Shown: positions 1-10,307, numbered from the stretch's first letter. The stretch is DNA of 20,000 nt from Candidatus Woesearchaeota archaeon (GCA_049700835.1 JBNAUL010000002.1:122129-142128), one strand, 5' to 3'. Numbers and translations are program-made. The notes: a model not told the origin generated them from the letters alone.

Positions 1-626
1 CCTTTATCTCCAAAAACTATTCCTGAGAAATGCGAATGGATTTTCTTGATGCCTGCTCTTTCAATTTTGTCAAATAGCTCTTTATAATTAATGCTCTTAT
101 TCCTCGCGAGAATATGGGCAAAATCAATGCAAATGCCGCACTTTGTTTCCTTTCTTAATCTCAAAAGTTCTTCCAATGTTCCAAATTCAGACTTTTTTCC
201 AGTTGTTTCAGGGCAGAGTTCAACATTCCACGAATTTTTTTCAATTTTCTCTTGCATGGCAAAAACAGCTTCCTTTACAATGTCGTATGTTTTTTCTTCG
301 CTATTCTTTCCATAGTAAGCAGCGTGAAAAACAATGCTCTTGGCTCCCATATAATTACCTAATTCGCAACTCTTTAGTATTCTCTGTACTGAGGCATTTT
401 TCTTAGCACTATCTTCAGAAGCCAAATTTATGAAGTAAGGAGCATGCACGCTTAGCACAACATTATAATTTTTGTTTTCATTGAAAATTTCCTTTGCCAA
501 ATAATCGCTCATCTTTATCCCGTGAGTGAACTCAACTTCCATTGCCTGCAATCCAAGTTTCCTTATCTCTGAGATTCCCTCAATGGTCGATTTCAATGGA
601 GAACCTGCTGGTCCTAAAAGAATCAT
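1..626 (-). CDS. nfo: Endonuclease IV (AP endonuclease 2 family, TIM barrel); 3' end runs off the window
   Basis: Not in the ORF track; manual translation from ATG at 626 gives MILLGPAGSP...LQAMEVEFTHG...LSVHAPYFINLAS...IVFHAAYY...PETTGK...CIDFAH...IHSHFSGI, the EndoIV metal-ligand motifs. Start overlaps the upstream stop (ATGA, 623-626). Confidence 0.92.
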   Translation of the reverse strand, partial: MILLGPAGSPLKSTIEGISEIRKLGLQAMEVEFTHGIKMSDYLAKEIFNENKNYNVVLSVHAPYFINLASEDSAKKNASVQRILKSCELGNYMGAKSIVFHAAYYGKNSEEKTYDIVKEAVFAMQEKIEKNSWNVELCPETTGKKSEFGTLEELLRLRKETKCGICIDFAHILARNKSINYKELFDKIERAGIKKIHSHFSGIVFGDK

Positions 627-1801
627 TTTCTAAACCTCTCATCATTTTGGTGCATAGGAAATGTTTTTATCATAAAAGTTGAAATAATAATTGAATAAAC
701 AAAGAAAAGGAACAAGAACCCAAAGAACTCTTCTGGTAATATGTTATAAGCAGAGAATGTTATTGTAACAGCAACAAAAGAAATCCCCTTGGGAGTTGCC
801 AATGACGCGAAAATCCTGTCCCTTAATGGATAGTGGCTTAGAGAGATTGTAACAGACATAAACCTCAAAATTATGGACACTACATAAATGAGCAAAGACG
901 TTATTATTAAATTAGTTTTGTTTGGAAATGTTGCAAGATAGCCAAATAAGAGAAAAACTATTATTTCTATAGAACCTGAAATCAAAGATGAAAACTCCTG
1001 AAGAACAGGTTTTTTCTTTACATGAATGTTGCCAAAGAAAATTCCAAGAACAACAACAGCAAGGACCCCGCTGCCCTTTAGCTGCTCTGCAAGAACATAT
1101 GTTGTTAGAACTCCAACAACAAGCGCTATTGGAGAGATGTTTTCAGAATAGTATTTTCTCATGAACTTGAAAATAATTATGCCTACAAATATTCCAGATC
1201 CAATTCCAATTATCAACTGCTGAACAAAAGGAACAGAGTATTCCAAAATATTGAAAATGTCAGCTTCGCGTGATGATAAATTCTTGAAAAAATCATAAAA
1301 CATAAAAGGCATGATAACAGTGAAAGGAGTGTTTAGTATTGATTCTGTCTTGAGAAGTTCTGAAACTCTCAAATGGTCCTTCCTTATGAATATACTCAGC
1401 ACTTCAAATGCAGTAGCGGTTATCATTGAAGAGAATATCAATGCAAACATTAATTGAAATTTTAATAAAATTATGAGAATAGGAGTTATAACGCTGAGGC
1501 ACAAAACAAGGAATATCAAAAAAACTTTTAATCCCAACATTGAGAATGTGTCAAATTCCTTGAACTTAAACCTTGAAGCTCCGTCGAATGTTATCAATGC
1601 AAGAGCAACAATGCTTGTTATCAGTATAAAGATTTTTGGTATTTCAAGAATTCCAAAGCGCATGATTATCAATCTTGAAATTATTCCAGCAAGTACTAGA
1701 AGCATGATATTAGGAATTCTAAACCTATTTGAAAGCATGGTTGCAAGAATCCCAACAAGAAACATGAAAACGATTTTAGTAAGGTATGTTATTGCTTCCA
1801 T
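623..1801 (-). CDS. Cation/H+ antiporter, CPA1 (NhaP-like) family
   Basis: Highly hydrophobic multi-pass protein with LITFDG, TESILN, SGVLAVVVLG and TPKG motifs typical of CPA1. ATG at 1801 is preferred over TTG at 1816 because GAGAGG lies upstream. Confidence 0.85.
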   Translation of the reverse strand: MEAITYLTKIVFMFLVGILATMLSNRFRIPNIMLLVLAGIISRLIIMRFGILEIPKIFILITSIVALALITFDGASRFKFKEFDTFSMLGLKVFLIFLVLCLSVITPILIILLKFQLMFALIFSSMITATAFEVLSIFIRKDHLRVSELLKTESILNTPFTVIMPFMFYDFFKNLSSREADIFNILEYSVPFVQQLIIGIGSGIFVGIIIFKFMRKYYSENISPIALVVGVLTTYVLAEQLKGSGVLAVVVLGIFFGNIHVKKKPVLQEFSSLISGSIEIIVFLLFGYLATFPNKTNLIITSLLIYVVSIILRFMSVTISLSHYPLRDRIFASLATPKGISFVAVTITFSAYNILPEEFFGFLFLFFVYSIIISTFMIKTFPMHQNDERFRK

Positions 1802-1865
1802 AAAACAGCCTCTCAACTCTAAGGACAGATATCTTTAAACTGAATTGTTTGGCATTTCTTCTTGA

Positions 1866-2621
1866 TTAAAATTGGTATTTTATTACTTCTAAACCATTGT
1901 TTCCAAAAACTAGGGTGTGAAATCCTGGCTGAACATTTGTGTTTCTCATCTTTTTTATTTCAAGTATTCTCTGAATGGTTCTGCCCATGTTTATATCCTT
2001 GAGCCTCAAAACGCCGTCACAAACAAATTCTGAAACAGTGTCCCTTGTCAGATAAGCGCCCTGTTCTGCTGAATCAGCGATGTATAGGGTTGTTGCTCCT
2101 ATTTCATTAATCTTGTTTATGAAAACATAGATAAACTGCTTTATCTCTTGGTCATAGCCCAAAGAGCTTGGTTTTAACTCTGCTTTTGAAAACAGCACAT
2201 CCTTGTCGTAACCTGCCTTTAAACTTATCTTGTACATTGGAGCGTTTATTGAAAGTATGGAAAGAGAATCAATTACTATTCTCTTTGCTCCTACTTCCTT
2301 TGCTGTTTTTTCTATTAAAGCAATTATGTCCATATCAGTTATATCAACAGGTATCTTTAGAAAAATAATTTTTTTCTTCTTTTCCAAATCCTCAAAGTCC
2401 TTGAAAAAAGCCCTTGCCTGCTCTCTCAATTTTGCAGGTTTTTCCTCAATGCTGACATAAATCCCTGGCTCGTTGTTCTTTGCTCCTGTGTAAATGTACT
2501 GCAATGCAAAAACAGTTTTTCCAGCTCCAGGGCCACCGCAAATGAGAATAGAAGAACCAATTGGAAAGCCACCTTCAAGTAACTCGTCCAAACCCTTTAT
2601 TCCTGTCTTAGCCCTTTCCAA
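1866..2621 (-). CDS. KaiC/RAD55-like single-domain RecA-superfamily ATPase
   Basis: KTGIKGLDELLEGG, Walker A GGPGAGKT, SIEE, Walker B IVIDS, LEIKKMR. TTG start preceded by a GAGGTG SD. Confidence 0.9.
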   Translation of the reverse strand: MERAKTGIKGLDELLEGGFPIGSSILICGGPGAGKTVFALQYIYTGAKNNEPGIYVSIEEKPAKLREQARAFFKDFEDLEKKKKIIFLKIPVDITDMDIIALIEKTAKEVGAKRIVIDSLSILSINAPMYKISLKAGYDKDVLFSKAELKPSSLGYDQEIKQFIYVFINKINEIGATTLYIADSAEQGAYLTRDTVSEFVCDGVLRLKDINMGRTIQRILEIKKMRNTNVQPGFHTLVFGNNGLEVIKYQF

Positions 2622-2759
2622 TTTGACACCTCTTTTTTATGAACAATAAAAACATATAAATAAAAAGCTTTTTATAAATATTTTGGTTTGATGCATTTAA
2701 AAGGATTTAATACTAAAAAGCTATTAAGTATTTATAAATTTTATAAATTTTTATAAAGA

Positions 2760-3350
2760 TTGCAAAATGCTAAGAAAATGTCAAGAATAACTATAAAAAA
2801 CAAGGTTTGTAATGCTAATAAAAAGGTTGTTTCAAAGAACTACTATGACTGCATTTCAAATGGTTATGAGGAACTTTACAAACAAGAACAAATAAAGAAA
2901 TTGTTGATAGTAAAAGGTCTTCTAAATTTAAAAAAAGAAGATTCTCTCTTAGATGTTGGATCTGGGATTGGACTTTCAGCAGAGATTTTTGATTGCAAAA
3001 TAACAATGCTTGACAACAGCAGAGAACTCCTCAGGGTAGCAGAATCTAAAATCCTAGATAAGAGCAGAATTGATTTGGTTCTTGGAAAAGCTGAAAAAAT
3101 GCCTTTTAATAATGAAAAGTTTGACGCTGCAATCTGCATTACAGCAATGCATAATTTTTCAAGTCCTTCCAAAGCATTGAGGGAAATCAGAAGGGTAACT
3201 AAAAAGAAGAAAGGTAACATAGTAATATCTGTTTTAAAAAAGAGCAAAAAGAGAGAGAAAATAATAAAACTTTTTGAGCGCTGTTTTAAAATAAAGAAGA
3301 TTGTTGATGAAATTAATGATTTGATATTCTGCCTTGAGCGCAAGGAATAA
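2760..3350 (+). CDS. Class I SAM-dependent methyltransferase (Methyltransf_11-like)
   Basis: LLDVGSGIG motif I, MLDNS, GKAEKMPF...FDA, ALREIRRV. True start may be the ATG at 2778. Confidence 0.85.
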   Translation: MQNAKKMSRITIKNKVCNANKKVVSKNYYDCISNGYEELYKQEQIKKLLIVKGLLNLKKEDSLLDVGSGIGLSAEIFDCKITMLDNSRELLRVAESKILDKSRIDLVLGKAEKMPFNNEKFDAAICITAMHNFSSPSKALREIRRVTKKKKGNIVISVLKKSKKREKIIKLFERCFKIKKIVDEINDLIFCLERKE

Positions 3351-3520
3351 ATTTTTAATTAAACGCATTAATATAAAAATTATATAAAAATTAAAATACC
3401 TAATAAAAAATAATAAGAAAAAATAAATAGGAAAAATGAAAAAGATTAAATATTAGAAATAAATTAATAATATCAAAGCACAAGAACATTTGATATTAAA
3501 ATCAATATGCAAACAAGCGC

Positions 3521-4339
3521 ATGAAAAGAAATAAGCAAGAATGGGAATTTGAAACAAAGAGAACGAACGTGCTTAAGGATTTTGCAATATTCTTAATAAC
3601 AATTATAAAGAGTTTGAATCCTGATTCCTATCAAAGGTTTGAGAGCAGAAAATTGAGCGAGTGTTACTTATATCTATTGAAGCTTGTAATATTCTGCGTT
3701 TTGGTATCATTTGTTTTTTTGATTCCGCAGGCATTCTCAAGAATGTCAGAAATTCAGAACACTCTCTCAAAAATAGAAGCATTGAAGTTTAACCCTGAGA
3801 TAACAACCAATGAAACAATAGATTTTGGGCTTGGAATAGTTATAAACAGGAATGCAAAAAACATAACAAATGAAAACATTTTAATCACATCAGAAAAGGT
3901 GTTTAAAAAACCTTTTTTTTGTTTTTTCTCAAGCGAACTCTGCGCTCTCTTTGAAAAGAAAACAAAGGAATACACAGTTGAGGAATTCTTTGACATAAAG
4001 AATAGGAGTTCAGAAATAATCAAGATGGCAAAGATTGTTTTTATTGTTTTTCTACCAGCAATTTTAATAATAATAACAGCATACTACTTCTTGAGATATT
4101 TAATAATAACATTTGCAATAGCATTTATAGCTTATCTGCCCTTGCTGATCAAAAAGAAGGTCGAATTAAGCAGAATAATGAAAATTTCAATACATGCTTC
4201 CACTATAATGGTTCTTTTAGAAATAATAGGAAGATACTACTATGCCAACAACATATTTCTAAAACTAATACCATTTGGGATATACATCCTGCTCTTTTCA
4301 ATAGGTCTGATACTCACTTTATGGAAAATAGATTTTTAA
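3521..4339 (+). CDS. Membrane protein, possibly DUF1189-like
   Basis: One N-terminal TM segment, a soluble loop, then about four C-terminal TM segments. Family assignment is by architecture only. Confidence 0.6.
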   Translation: MKRNKQEWEFETKRTNVLKDFAIFLITIIKSLNPDSYQRFESRKLSECYLYLLKLVIFCVLVSFVFLIPQAFSRMSEIQNTLSKIEALKFNPEITTNETIDFGLGIVINRNAKNITNENILITSEKVFKKPFFCFFSSELCALFEKKTKEYTVEEFFDIKNRSSEIIKMAKIVFIVFLPAILIIITAYYFLRYLIITFAIAFIAYLPLLIKKKVELSRIMKISIHASTIMVLLEIIGRYYYANNIFLKLIPFGIYILLFSIGLILTLWKIDF

Positions 4340-4351
4340 AATAAATGGAGG

Positions 4352-4759
4352 TTGAAAATGATAATATACGATTATAAAGTTATGGAGGTAATGACAAAGA
4401 ATGTAAAAGGAGTTGCGAAAAACATCAGCATAAAAAAGGTAGCAGAGATAATGGAAGCCTACAAAATTGGTTCTGTGGTTGTGATGGAAAAGAACAATCC
4501 AATAGGAATAGTTACAGATACAGATGTTGTCAGAAAGGTTGTTGCAAAAGGGCTCAATCCTGAAAAGACAAAGGTTTCTGATATAATGACTAAGAATGTG
4601 ATAACAGTAAATCCTGAAAGTTCAATAAGGGAAGCAAGCATTCTCATGGCAACAAACAATGTGAGAAGGTTGCCTGTTGTCGGAAAGGAAGGGTTAATTG
4701 GAATAATAACTGAAACCGATATCACGAAAATCATTTCAAACATAAAACAATATGTCTGA
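4352..4759 (+). CDS. Stand-alone CBS-domain pair protein
   Basis: VMEVMTKNV...IGSVVV...GIVTDTD and VSDIMTKNV...VRRLPVV...GIITETD form two CBS repeats. GGAGG SD upstream. Confidence 0.93.
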   Translation: MKMIIYDYKVMEVMTKNVKGVAKNISIKKVAEIMEAYKIGSVVVMEKNNPIGIVTDTDVVRKVVAKGLNPEKTKVSDIMTKNVITVNPESSIREASILMATNNVRRLPVVGKEGLIGIITETDITKIISNIKQYV

Positions 4760-4764
4760 GAAAT

Positions 4765-5562
4765 GTGAGCAAAATGCCAAAAAAATTTGAAGTTACAGGA
4801 AATGATGAAGTAGAAGAACTTGCAAGGCAACTTAGGGAAAAAAAGATTGCAGGAAGCTACATTGATTCAATAGAACTTGCCAAGAGAATACTTGGAAAAG
4901 ACCAGGCAGAAATAACTCTTGAAATTGAAAAGGAAGAAAAAGCAGAGGAAGAAGAGATTTCAAAAATCAGCGAGAAAATTGAGGAGGAAGAAAAAGAATT
5001 AGAGAATGTGGAAAAGTGCATTGAAGAAATTGATGAGGAATTGAAAAGAGAAGAATCTCTTACAGAGGAAATTAAAGCCAAAGACATTGTTCAGGAACAG
5101 AAAATAGAAGAGCAAGAAAAAAAAGATGAGAATTCATTCAGCAAAGATGAAGGAGAAAAAGGAAGAAACAATAGCAGAGAAGACAGGGAAGACCCTCTGA
5201 GATTCTACAGACCGGATTATGACATTTCAAAAGAGGACAAACTGCTGATTGAAGTTTTAAAGGAAGCAGGGGAAAAGAACATTCCATTTAAGACAGAGGA
5301 TTCAGAAACAGGAATGGAGTTGGAAGATTACGAAGAAAAGATTCCAAGTGAGAATATTGCAGAGGAATCTGTTGAAGAAGACAAAACAGAAATCAAAGAA
5401 AAAAAATATGTCCAAGATGAGATTTTAGAAGAGGATTTTGAAGAGAGCGCTGATGCAGAAAAGCAAGAACAGGAAAACTTTGATTCTAAAGAAGCCGATT
5501 CAAATAGTTCAGCTGATTTTGGAGAGATTAGTTCTGAAGAGAGCGTTGAAGAGAAAAAATAA
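4765..5562 (+). CDS. Very acidic hypothetical protein with an N-terminal helical motif and coiled-coil/disordered regions
   Basis: 265-aa Glu-rich ORF directly after the CBS gene. Its N-terminal motif is shared with the 6084 ORF. Confidence 0.75.
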   Translation: MSKMPKKFEVTGNDEVEELARQLREKKIAGSYIDSIELAKRILGKDQAEITLEIEKEEKAEEEEISKISEKIEEEEKELENVEKCIEEIDEELKREESLTEEIKAKDIVQEQKIEEQEKKDENSFSKDEGEKGRNNSREDREDPLRFYRPDYDISKEDKLLIEVLKEAGEKNIPFKTEDSETGMELEDYEEKIPSENIAEESVEEDKTEIKEKKYVQDEILEEDFEESADAEKQEQENFDSKEADSNSSADFGEISSEESVEEKK

Positions 5563-5998
5563 CAAAACAGCAAAGATCAGATTAAATAGATAAGAATAAT
5601 TAGAAAAAGCAGGTTAAATAGAAAACCTAAAGATAAGAGCTCATGCAGATAAGTAAGCAAATAATACTTGCAGTGCTTGCAAGAGAACTAAAGAAATAAT
5701 TGGTTCTGCTGATGCAGAAGATACAGAATTAGCAAGGATTTGTGCTTAGGCAGCGAGTAAAGATACTTGTTTATGAAGTTGCGTTAAACTTAAAATCCTG
5801 CAAGAAGATCCTTGCAAGAAGACATTGAAGAGTTGAACAACAGCGATAATAAATGCCTAATAAAATTTTTAAAGAATCTTACAAGAATCTTACAGATCCA
5901 TAAGAAATAAAGCAAATTTTAACTAAATTTTTTGTTTTTTTTGTTTGTTCTTCTTAAATTAAATTTAAAAGATTTTTTAAAATTTATTTTTCAGAACC

Positions 5999-6014
5999 GA
6001 AAAGTATTTAAATA
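5999..6014 (+). promoter_or_regulatory. Putative archaeal BRE/TATA promoter of the 6084 gene
   Basis: GAAAAGTATTTAAATA: purine-rich BRE followed by a TTTAAATA box about 70 bp before the ATG. Confidence 0.4.
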
Positions 6015-6083
6015 AGTTAATATATTAGTATACAAAATAGTAATAAAAGTATACCAAAACCAAAATTTAGAGAGGGTGAAAAA

Positions 6084-6617
6084 ATGAGTGGAGATATGCT
6101 TAGGGTTTCAAAAATAAACGAGCTGGCAAAGCAGTTGGTAAAACATGGAATAGCAACAAGCATGGATGAAGCAGTGAATCAAGCACAGCAGTTCTTGGGA
6201 GAGGATTCCTATGATAAGATTAAGGAAGCAAAATCACCAGAACAAATGCTTAAAGAGGATGAAGTAGATGCTAAAAACAAAACAGAGAATAAGGATTTTG
6301 CCGAGTTGAATAAGAAGATTGAAAGCCAAGAATCAATGATAATCGAGATGCAAAAGAAGATGAATGAAATGATTTCAGAGATAAATTTCTTAGAGGAAGC
6401 TATCAAGAAGATTCTTGAAAAGGTGCAAAGTCAAAGCTCCGCACCAATGCTAAAAGTTGCCCAAACAACAACTGGCTCAACAGAAGAAATTGATTATGAA
6501 CCAACTCAAAGGACTGTAAAAACAGAGGAAGCAAGGCCAACTCCAAGAACAGGAAACTACACTCCCGAAAACATAAAGATTGAGGATTACTTCTATTACG
6601 GAAACAAGAAGAAATAA
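6084..6617 (+). CDS. Hypothetical coiled-coil protein
   Basis: GAGGGTG SD, N-terminal motif shared with the 4765 ORF, central heptad region, C-terminal PRTGNY...IEDYFYYG segment. Confidence 0.8.
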   Translation: MSGDMLRVSKINELAKQLVKHGIATSMDEAVNQAQQFLGEDSYDKIKEAKSPEQMLKEDEVDAKNKTENKDFAELNKKIESQESMIIEMQKKMNEMISEINFLEEAIKKILEKVQSQSSAPMLKVAQTTTGSTEEIDYEPTQRTVKTEEARPTPRTGNYTPENIKIEDYFYYGNKKK

Positions 6618-6750
6618 TTAAGAAACGAATTTAATAGAAGCAAATTTTTTTATTTTTTATAATAAGAAATTGGAAAAAAACAAAATAAATAAAAATATTT
6701 TATAAAAAATATTTGTTTTTTTATTTCCTATTTTGTTTCTTTATTTTTTA

Positions 6751-8382
6751 TTAGTCGTACTCTGGCATCTCTCCACTAGGCATTTTAGGAGAAGAACTTC
6801 CTCCTTTTGAGCCTGATGCAATCACATCGTCTATCCTTAAAATCATCATTGCAACCTCTGAAGCTGATTGTATTGCTTGTGTTTTAATCTTTAAAGGTTC
6901 AATTATGCCCAATTTCCAAGCATCAACAATCTTGCCTTCAAAGACATCAATTCCAGCCCATTTTTCTCCTTTGTCGTGCTTTGCTTTTAACTCAGCAACA
7001 ATATCTATTGGCTCTAAACCAGCGTTCTCTGCTAAAGTTCTTGGAATAACTTCAACTGCATCAGAAAATGCCTGAACTGCAAGCTGTTCCCTGCCGCTTA
7101 AAGAATTTGCAAACTTTCTGAGTTCTTTAGCAAGTTCTGCTTCAACAGCTCCTGCACCAGCAACTACTAAATTATTTCTTAGAGCAGAAGCAACATCTCC
7201 AATAGCATCTTCCATTGCCCTCTTTACTTCATCAATAACATGCTCTGTTCCTCCTCTTATAAGGATGGTGACTGCTTTGGGATTTTTGCACTCAGTTACA
7301 AATGTCATTGCTTCATCTCCAATCTTTCTCTCCTCTACTAAGCCGGCAAATCCAAGGTCTTTTTCAGATGCATCGTTCAAACTTGATACTATTCTTGCTC
7401 CGGTTGCTCTTTCAAGCTTTTCCATGTCTGAGCGCGTTATCCTTCTAACAGCGTATATTCCTGCTTTTGAGAGATAGTATTGAGCTGTGTCGTCAATTCC
7501 TTTTTGGCAGAAAACAACATTTGCCTTTGTCTTTACAACCTTGTCAACCATCTCCTTAAGCATCTTTTCTTCCATGTCAATAAATGCCTGAAGTTGAGAA
7601 GGATCAGTTATTTGAATCTTTGCTTCTGTTTCTGTGTTTTTTACTTCCAAAGCAGAGTCCAACAACAAGATTTTTGCATTCTTAACAATCTTTGGCATTC
7701 CAGGATGAACTCTTTCTTTATCAAGTACTAATCCCTTTATTAAAACAGAATCCTCAACTCCTCCGCCAATCTTTTTCTCAATCTTAATGTTGTCTATGTC
7801 AATCCTCTTTTCTCCATTCACTTCATCAATTATACTCTTCACAGCATCAACAGCGAGTTCTGAAAGTTTTTCTTTTGAATGCTCAGCACCTTTCCCTGTC
7901 ATTGCTGTCATTGCAATGTTCTTAAGTATATCGTGATTATTCTCGCTTACCTTTTCTGCAATCCTGTTTAAAATTTCCTGTGCTTTTTCAGCAGCAATCC
8001 TGTAACCCTTTACAATTACAGTAGGATGTATCTTCTTGTCAAGAAGGTCGTTTGCATTCTTTAGAAGTTCTCCTGCAAGAACAACAGCAGTTGTTGTTCC
8101 ATCCCCAACCTCATCCTCCTGAGTTTTTGCAATCTCAACCATCATCTTTGCTGCTGGATGCTGTATTTCAATCTCTTCCAGTATAGTAACCCCGTCATTT
8201 GTAACAACAACATCTCCTAATGTATCAACCAGCATCTTGTCCATTCCCTTTGGTCCTAATGTTGTCCTCACAGTGTCAGCAACTTGCTGTGCTGCTTCTA
8301 TGTTGTTCTTTTGCGCATTTCTTCCTGTGGTTCTTTCGCTGCCTTCAGGAAGGATAAATATTGGTTGTATCTGTTGTGGCAT
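6751..8382 (-). CDS. ths: Thermosome subunit (group II chaperonin)
   Basis: [27 protein letters not shown] and ILIRGG motifs; 543 aa; GGGGTGAG SD. Confidence 0.98.
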   Translation of the reverse strand: MPQQIQPIFILPEGSERTTGRNAQKNNIEAAQQVADTVRTTLGPKGMDKMLVDTLGDVVVTNDGVTILEEIEIQHPAAKMMVEIAKTQEDEVGDGTTTAVVLAGELLKNANDLLDKKIHPTVIVKGYRIAAEKAQEILNRIAEKVSENNHDILKNIAMTAMTGKGAEHSKEKLSELAVDAVKSIIDEVNGEKRIDIDNIKIEKKIGGGVEDSVLIKGLVLDKERVHPGMPKIVKNAKILLLDSALEVKNTETEAKIQITDPSQLQAFIDMEEKMLKEMVDKVVKTKANVVFCQKGIDDTAQYYLSKAGIYAVRRITRSDMEKLERATGARIVSSLNDASEKDLGFAGLVEERKIGDEAMTFVTECKNPKAVTILIRGGTEHVIDEVKRAMEDAIGDVASALRNNLVVAGAGAVEAELAKELRKFANSLSGREQLAVQAFSDAVEVIPRTLAENAGLEPIDIVAELKAKHDKGEKWAGIDVFEGKIVDAWKLGIIEPLKIKTQAIQSASEVAMMILRIDDVIASGSKGGSSSPKMPSGEMPEYD

Positions 8383-8919
8383 TCAACTCACCCCGCTTTT
8401 TTGTTCATTTTTGTTTTTTAAGAAAAATACACTTTTTTGTTTATAACTACTAATATATAAATGTTTCGGTTTTTGGTTTCTGTTGGTTTCTATCGCATTG
8501 TTTTGGGCAATTGGCAATTTATGCTTTAAGAGAAATAGTTTAAGATTTCTTTTATTTTATAAAAATTCGTGCCTTTCCACCACCCACTTAACAGCAATTA
8601 ACAAAAAATCCCTGCATGATTTTACACAAATTTTTGCTTTGCAAAAAATTCTCTTAAAACAACTCAATCAAAGATACTTAAATTTAATTTGAGGATATTA
8701 ATAAAAATAAAAGCAGTAGAGATAAGCAAGACAAATAGTTAGATAAAAGAGCTGGAATAAGAAGATAAGAGAAGATAAGCAAACAATATTGTTAAAAACG
8801 GATTAAATAGTGATTAAGACAGGATTATTCACTTCTTGAAAGAACAAAAAACAAACATTTAAATAAAATAAAGAATTAAAATTTGGTTTGGAATAAACAA
8901 AAAATTTGAGGTGGAAAAT

Positions 8920-9225
8920 ATGAAACTTATAAAGGAATTTTTGGGTTTTCTAAAAGAATACAATGTGCTTAGCTTGGCGATTGCTTTTATAATGGCGGTC
9001 GCAGCAACTGCAATAATAAAATCTTTAGTTGATAACATAATAATGCCCTTGATAACTCCATTCATTCCAGGAGGAACTTGGAGAACAGCAACTCTGCACT
9101 TGGGAAGAATAGTTATTAGTTGGGGAGCGTTTTTAGGAGATTTGATAAACTTTATTATAATAGCCTTTGTTGTATTCTTAATTGCAAAGGGCATTATGAA
9201 AGAGAAAAAGGTTGCAAAGAAATAA
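8920..9225 (+). CDS. mscL: Large-conductance mechanosensitive channel family protein (short form)
   Basis: EFLGFLKEYNVLSLAIAFIM...SLVDNIIMP...WGAFLGDLINFIIIAFVVF. GAGGTG SD favours ATG 8920 over GTG 8911. Confidence 0.88.
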   Translation: MKLIKEFLGFLKEYNVLSLAIAFIMAVAATAIIKSLVDNIIMPLITPFIPGGTWRTATLHLGRIVISWGAFLGDLINFIIIAFVVFLIAKGIMKEKKVAKK

Positions 9226-9335
9226 TAAAATTTGGAATTCAAAATCAGAATTGAACTTTTATTTTTTGCTTTTATTTTTAATTACTTCTTTATTTTATTT
9301 TTTAATTTTGTTCTTATTTCACAACACTTTATTTT

Positions 9336-9893
9336 TTAATCGCTAAAGACCTCTGCTTGAAACTTGTAAATTCTGTTCTTCAGGTCCTTCCAAGCATTTG
9401 TTGGAAGCATCGCTTTTTGGCAGAGCATAATCAGGGCCTGTTCAGGGGTGCAGTTGTACTCTGTGAAAACCTGAGGCAATAAAAGTCCTGAACCAAAATC
9501 ACTTTCAATTATTAAACCATCCTCTCCAATCTTTATTTTGCTTAGGTATTCTTCTGGATTTTTGACCCTTATGAGTTCTGGAACAGTGAGCACAGAAATT
9601 TCTATCTTTATTCTGTCAAGTTCATTCTTTCTCAAAGGAAAGAATCTTGGATCTTCAAAAGCAGCGCTTCTTGCAGCAAGTATTATTCCTTGCCATAATG
9701 GATAATAAGCCCTTGGAAATCCAATACAGCCCCTAAGTTCTTCCTCTTCTTTCAGCGTTACAAATACTCCTCTTTTCTCAGAAAACTTCTTTTTGATGCA
9801 ACTTTCAACCTTTGGTTCTTTCTCTTCAAAAGCAGATTTTATTGCTTCCCTTGCAAGGTTTAATAGTTTTTTTTGCTCGTCAGAACTTATCAT
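9336..9893 (-). CDS. amrA: AMMECR1-domain protein (AmmeMemoRadiSam system protein A)
   Basis: GVFVTL...LRGCIG, SAAFEDPRF, IEISVLT, GLLLPQV motifs. Confidence 0.93.
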   Translation of the reverse strand: MISSDEQKKLLNLAREAIKSAFEEKEPKVESCIKKKFSEKRGVFVTLKEEEELRGCIGFPRAYYPLWQGIILAARSAAFEDPRFFPLRKNELDRIKIEISVLTVPELIRVKNPEEYLSKIKIGEDGLIIESDFGSGLLLPQVFTEYNCTPEQALIMLCQKAMLPTNAWKDLKNRIYKFQAEVFSD

Positions 9894-9933
9894 GAGAATT
9901 GATAAAACTGCTCAATATTAAAATATTTCTTTT

Positions 9934-10215
9934 TTATTTTTTGAATGCAGAAGAAAAAACTTCAGCAAACTTTTCATTTGTTTTTAGTATCCTCTTTGCA
10001 GCTTTCACCAAAGCTTCTCTTGGAGTTTCATTGCCATTTGTTTCAACTAAAAACCTAGGGGTCTTAAGCAGAGGATGGTTTATCCTATATATTGCTATCT
10101 TCACATTCTCATCGTTTAAAAGTTCGTTTTTCAGCATGTTGCACAATGTATGGCTTTCGCCTTCAATCTCAAACTCCATCCTCTTTTTTTCTTCGTTCAG
10201 AATGTTTATTTTCAT
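9934..10215 (-). CDS. rpoL: DNA-directed RNA polymerase subunit L (Rpo11)
   Basis: IEGESHTLCNMLKNELL...AIYRINHPL, the Rpb11/RpoL signature; 93 aa. Confidence 0.93.
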   Translation of the reverse strand: MKINILNEEKKRMEFEIEGESHTLCNMLKNELLNDENVKIAIYRINHPLLKTPRFLVETNGNETPREALVKAAKRILKTNEKFAEVFSSAFKK

Positions 10216-10307
10216 TTTAAATCCTAATTTTGGAAATCTGTCTTATTTATAAATATTTCTCTTTTGCAAAAAGGAAAAATTTAATAAAGAAAACTCATTT
10301 TAAAGTC

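Noticed and set aside
91..406. Plus-strand ORFs 91-315 and 143-406
   Set aside because: They are shadow ORFs antisense to endonuclease IV.
2731..2757. Triple TTTATAAA tandem
   Set aside because: It is low-complexity TATA-like sequence in a divergent promoter region and unremarkable at this AT content.
9336..9893. Complete AmmeMemoRadiSam system
   Set aside because: Only the AMMECR1 component is present; no Memo or radical SAM gene lies in the window.
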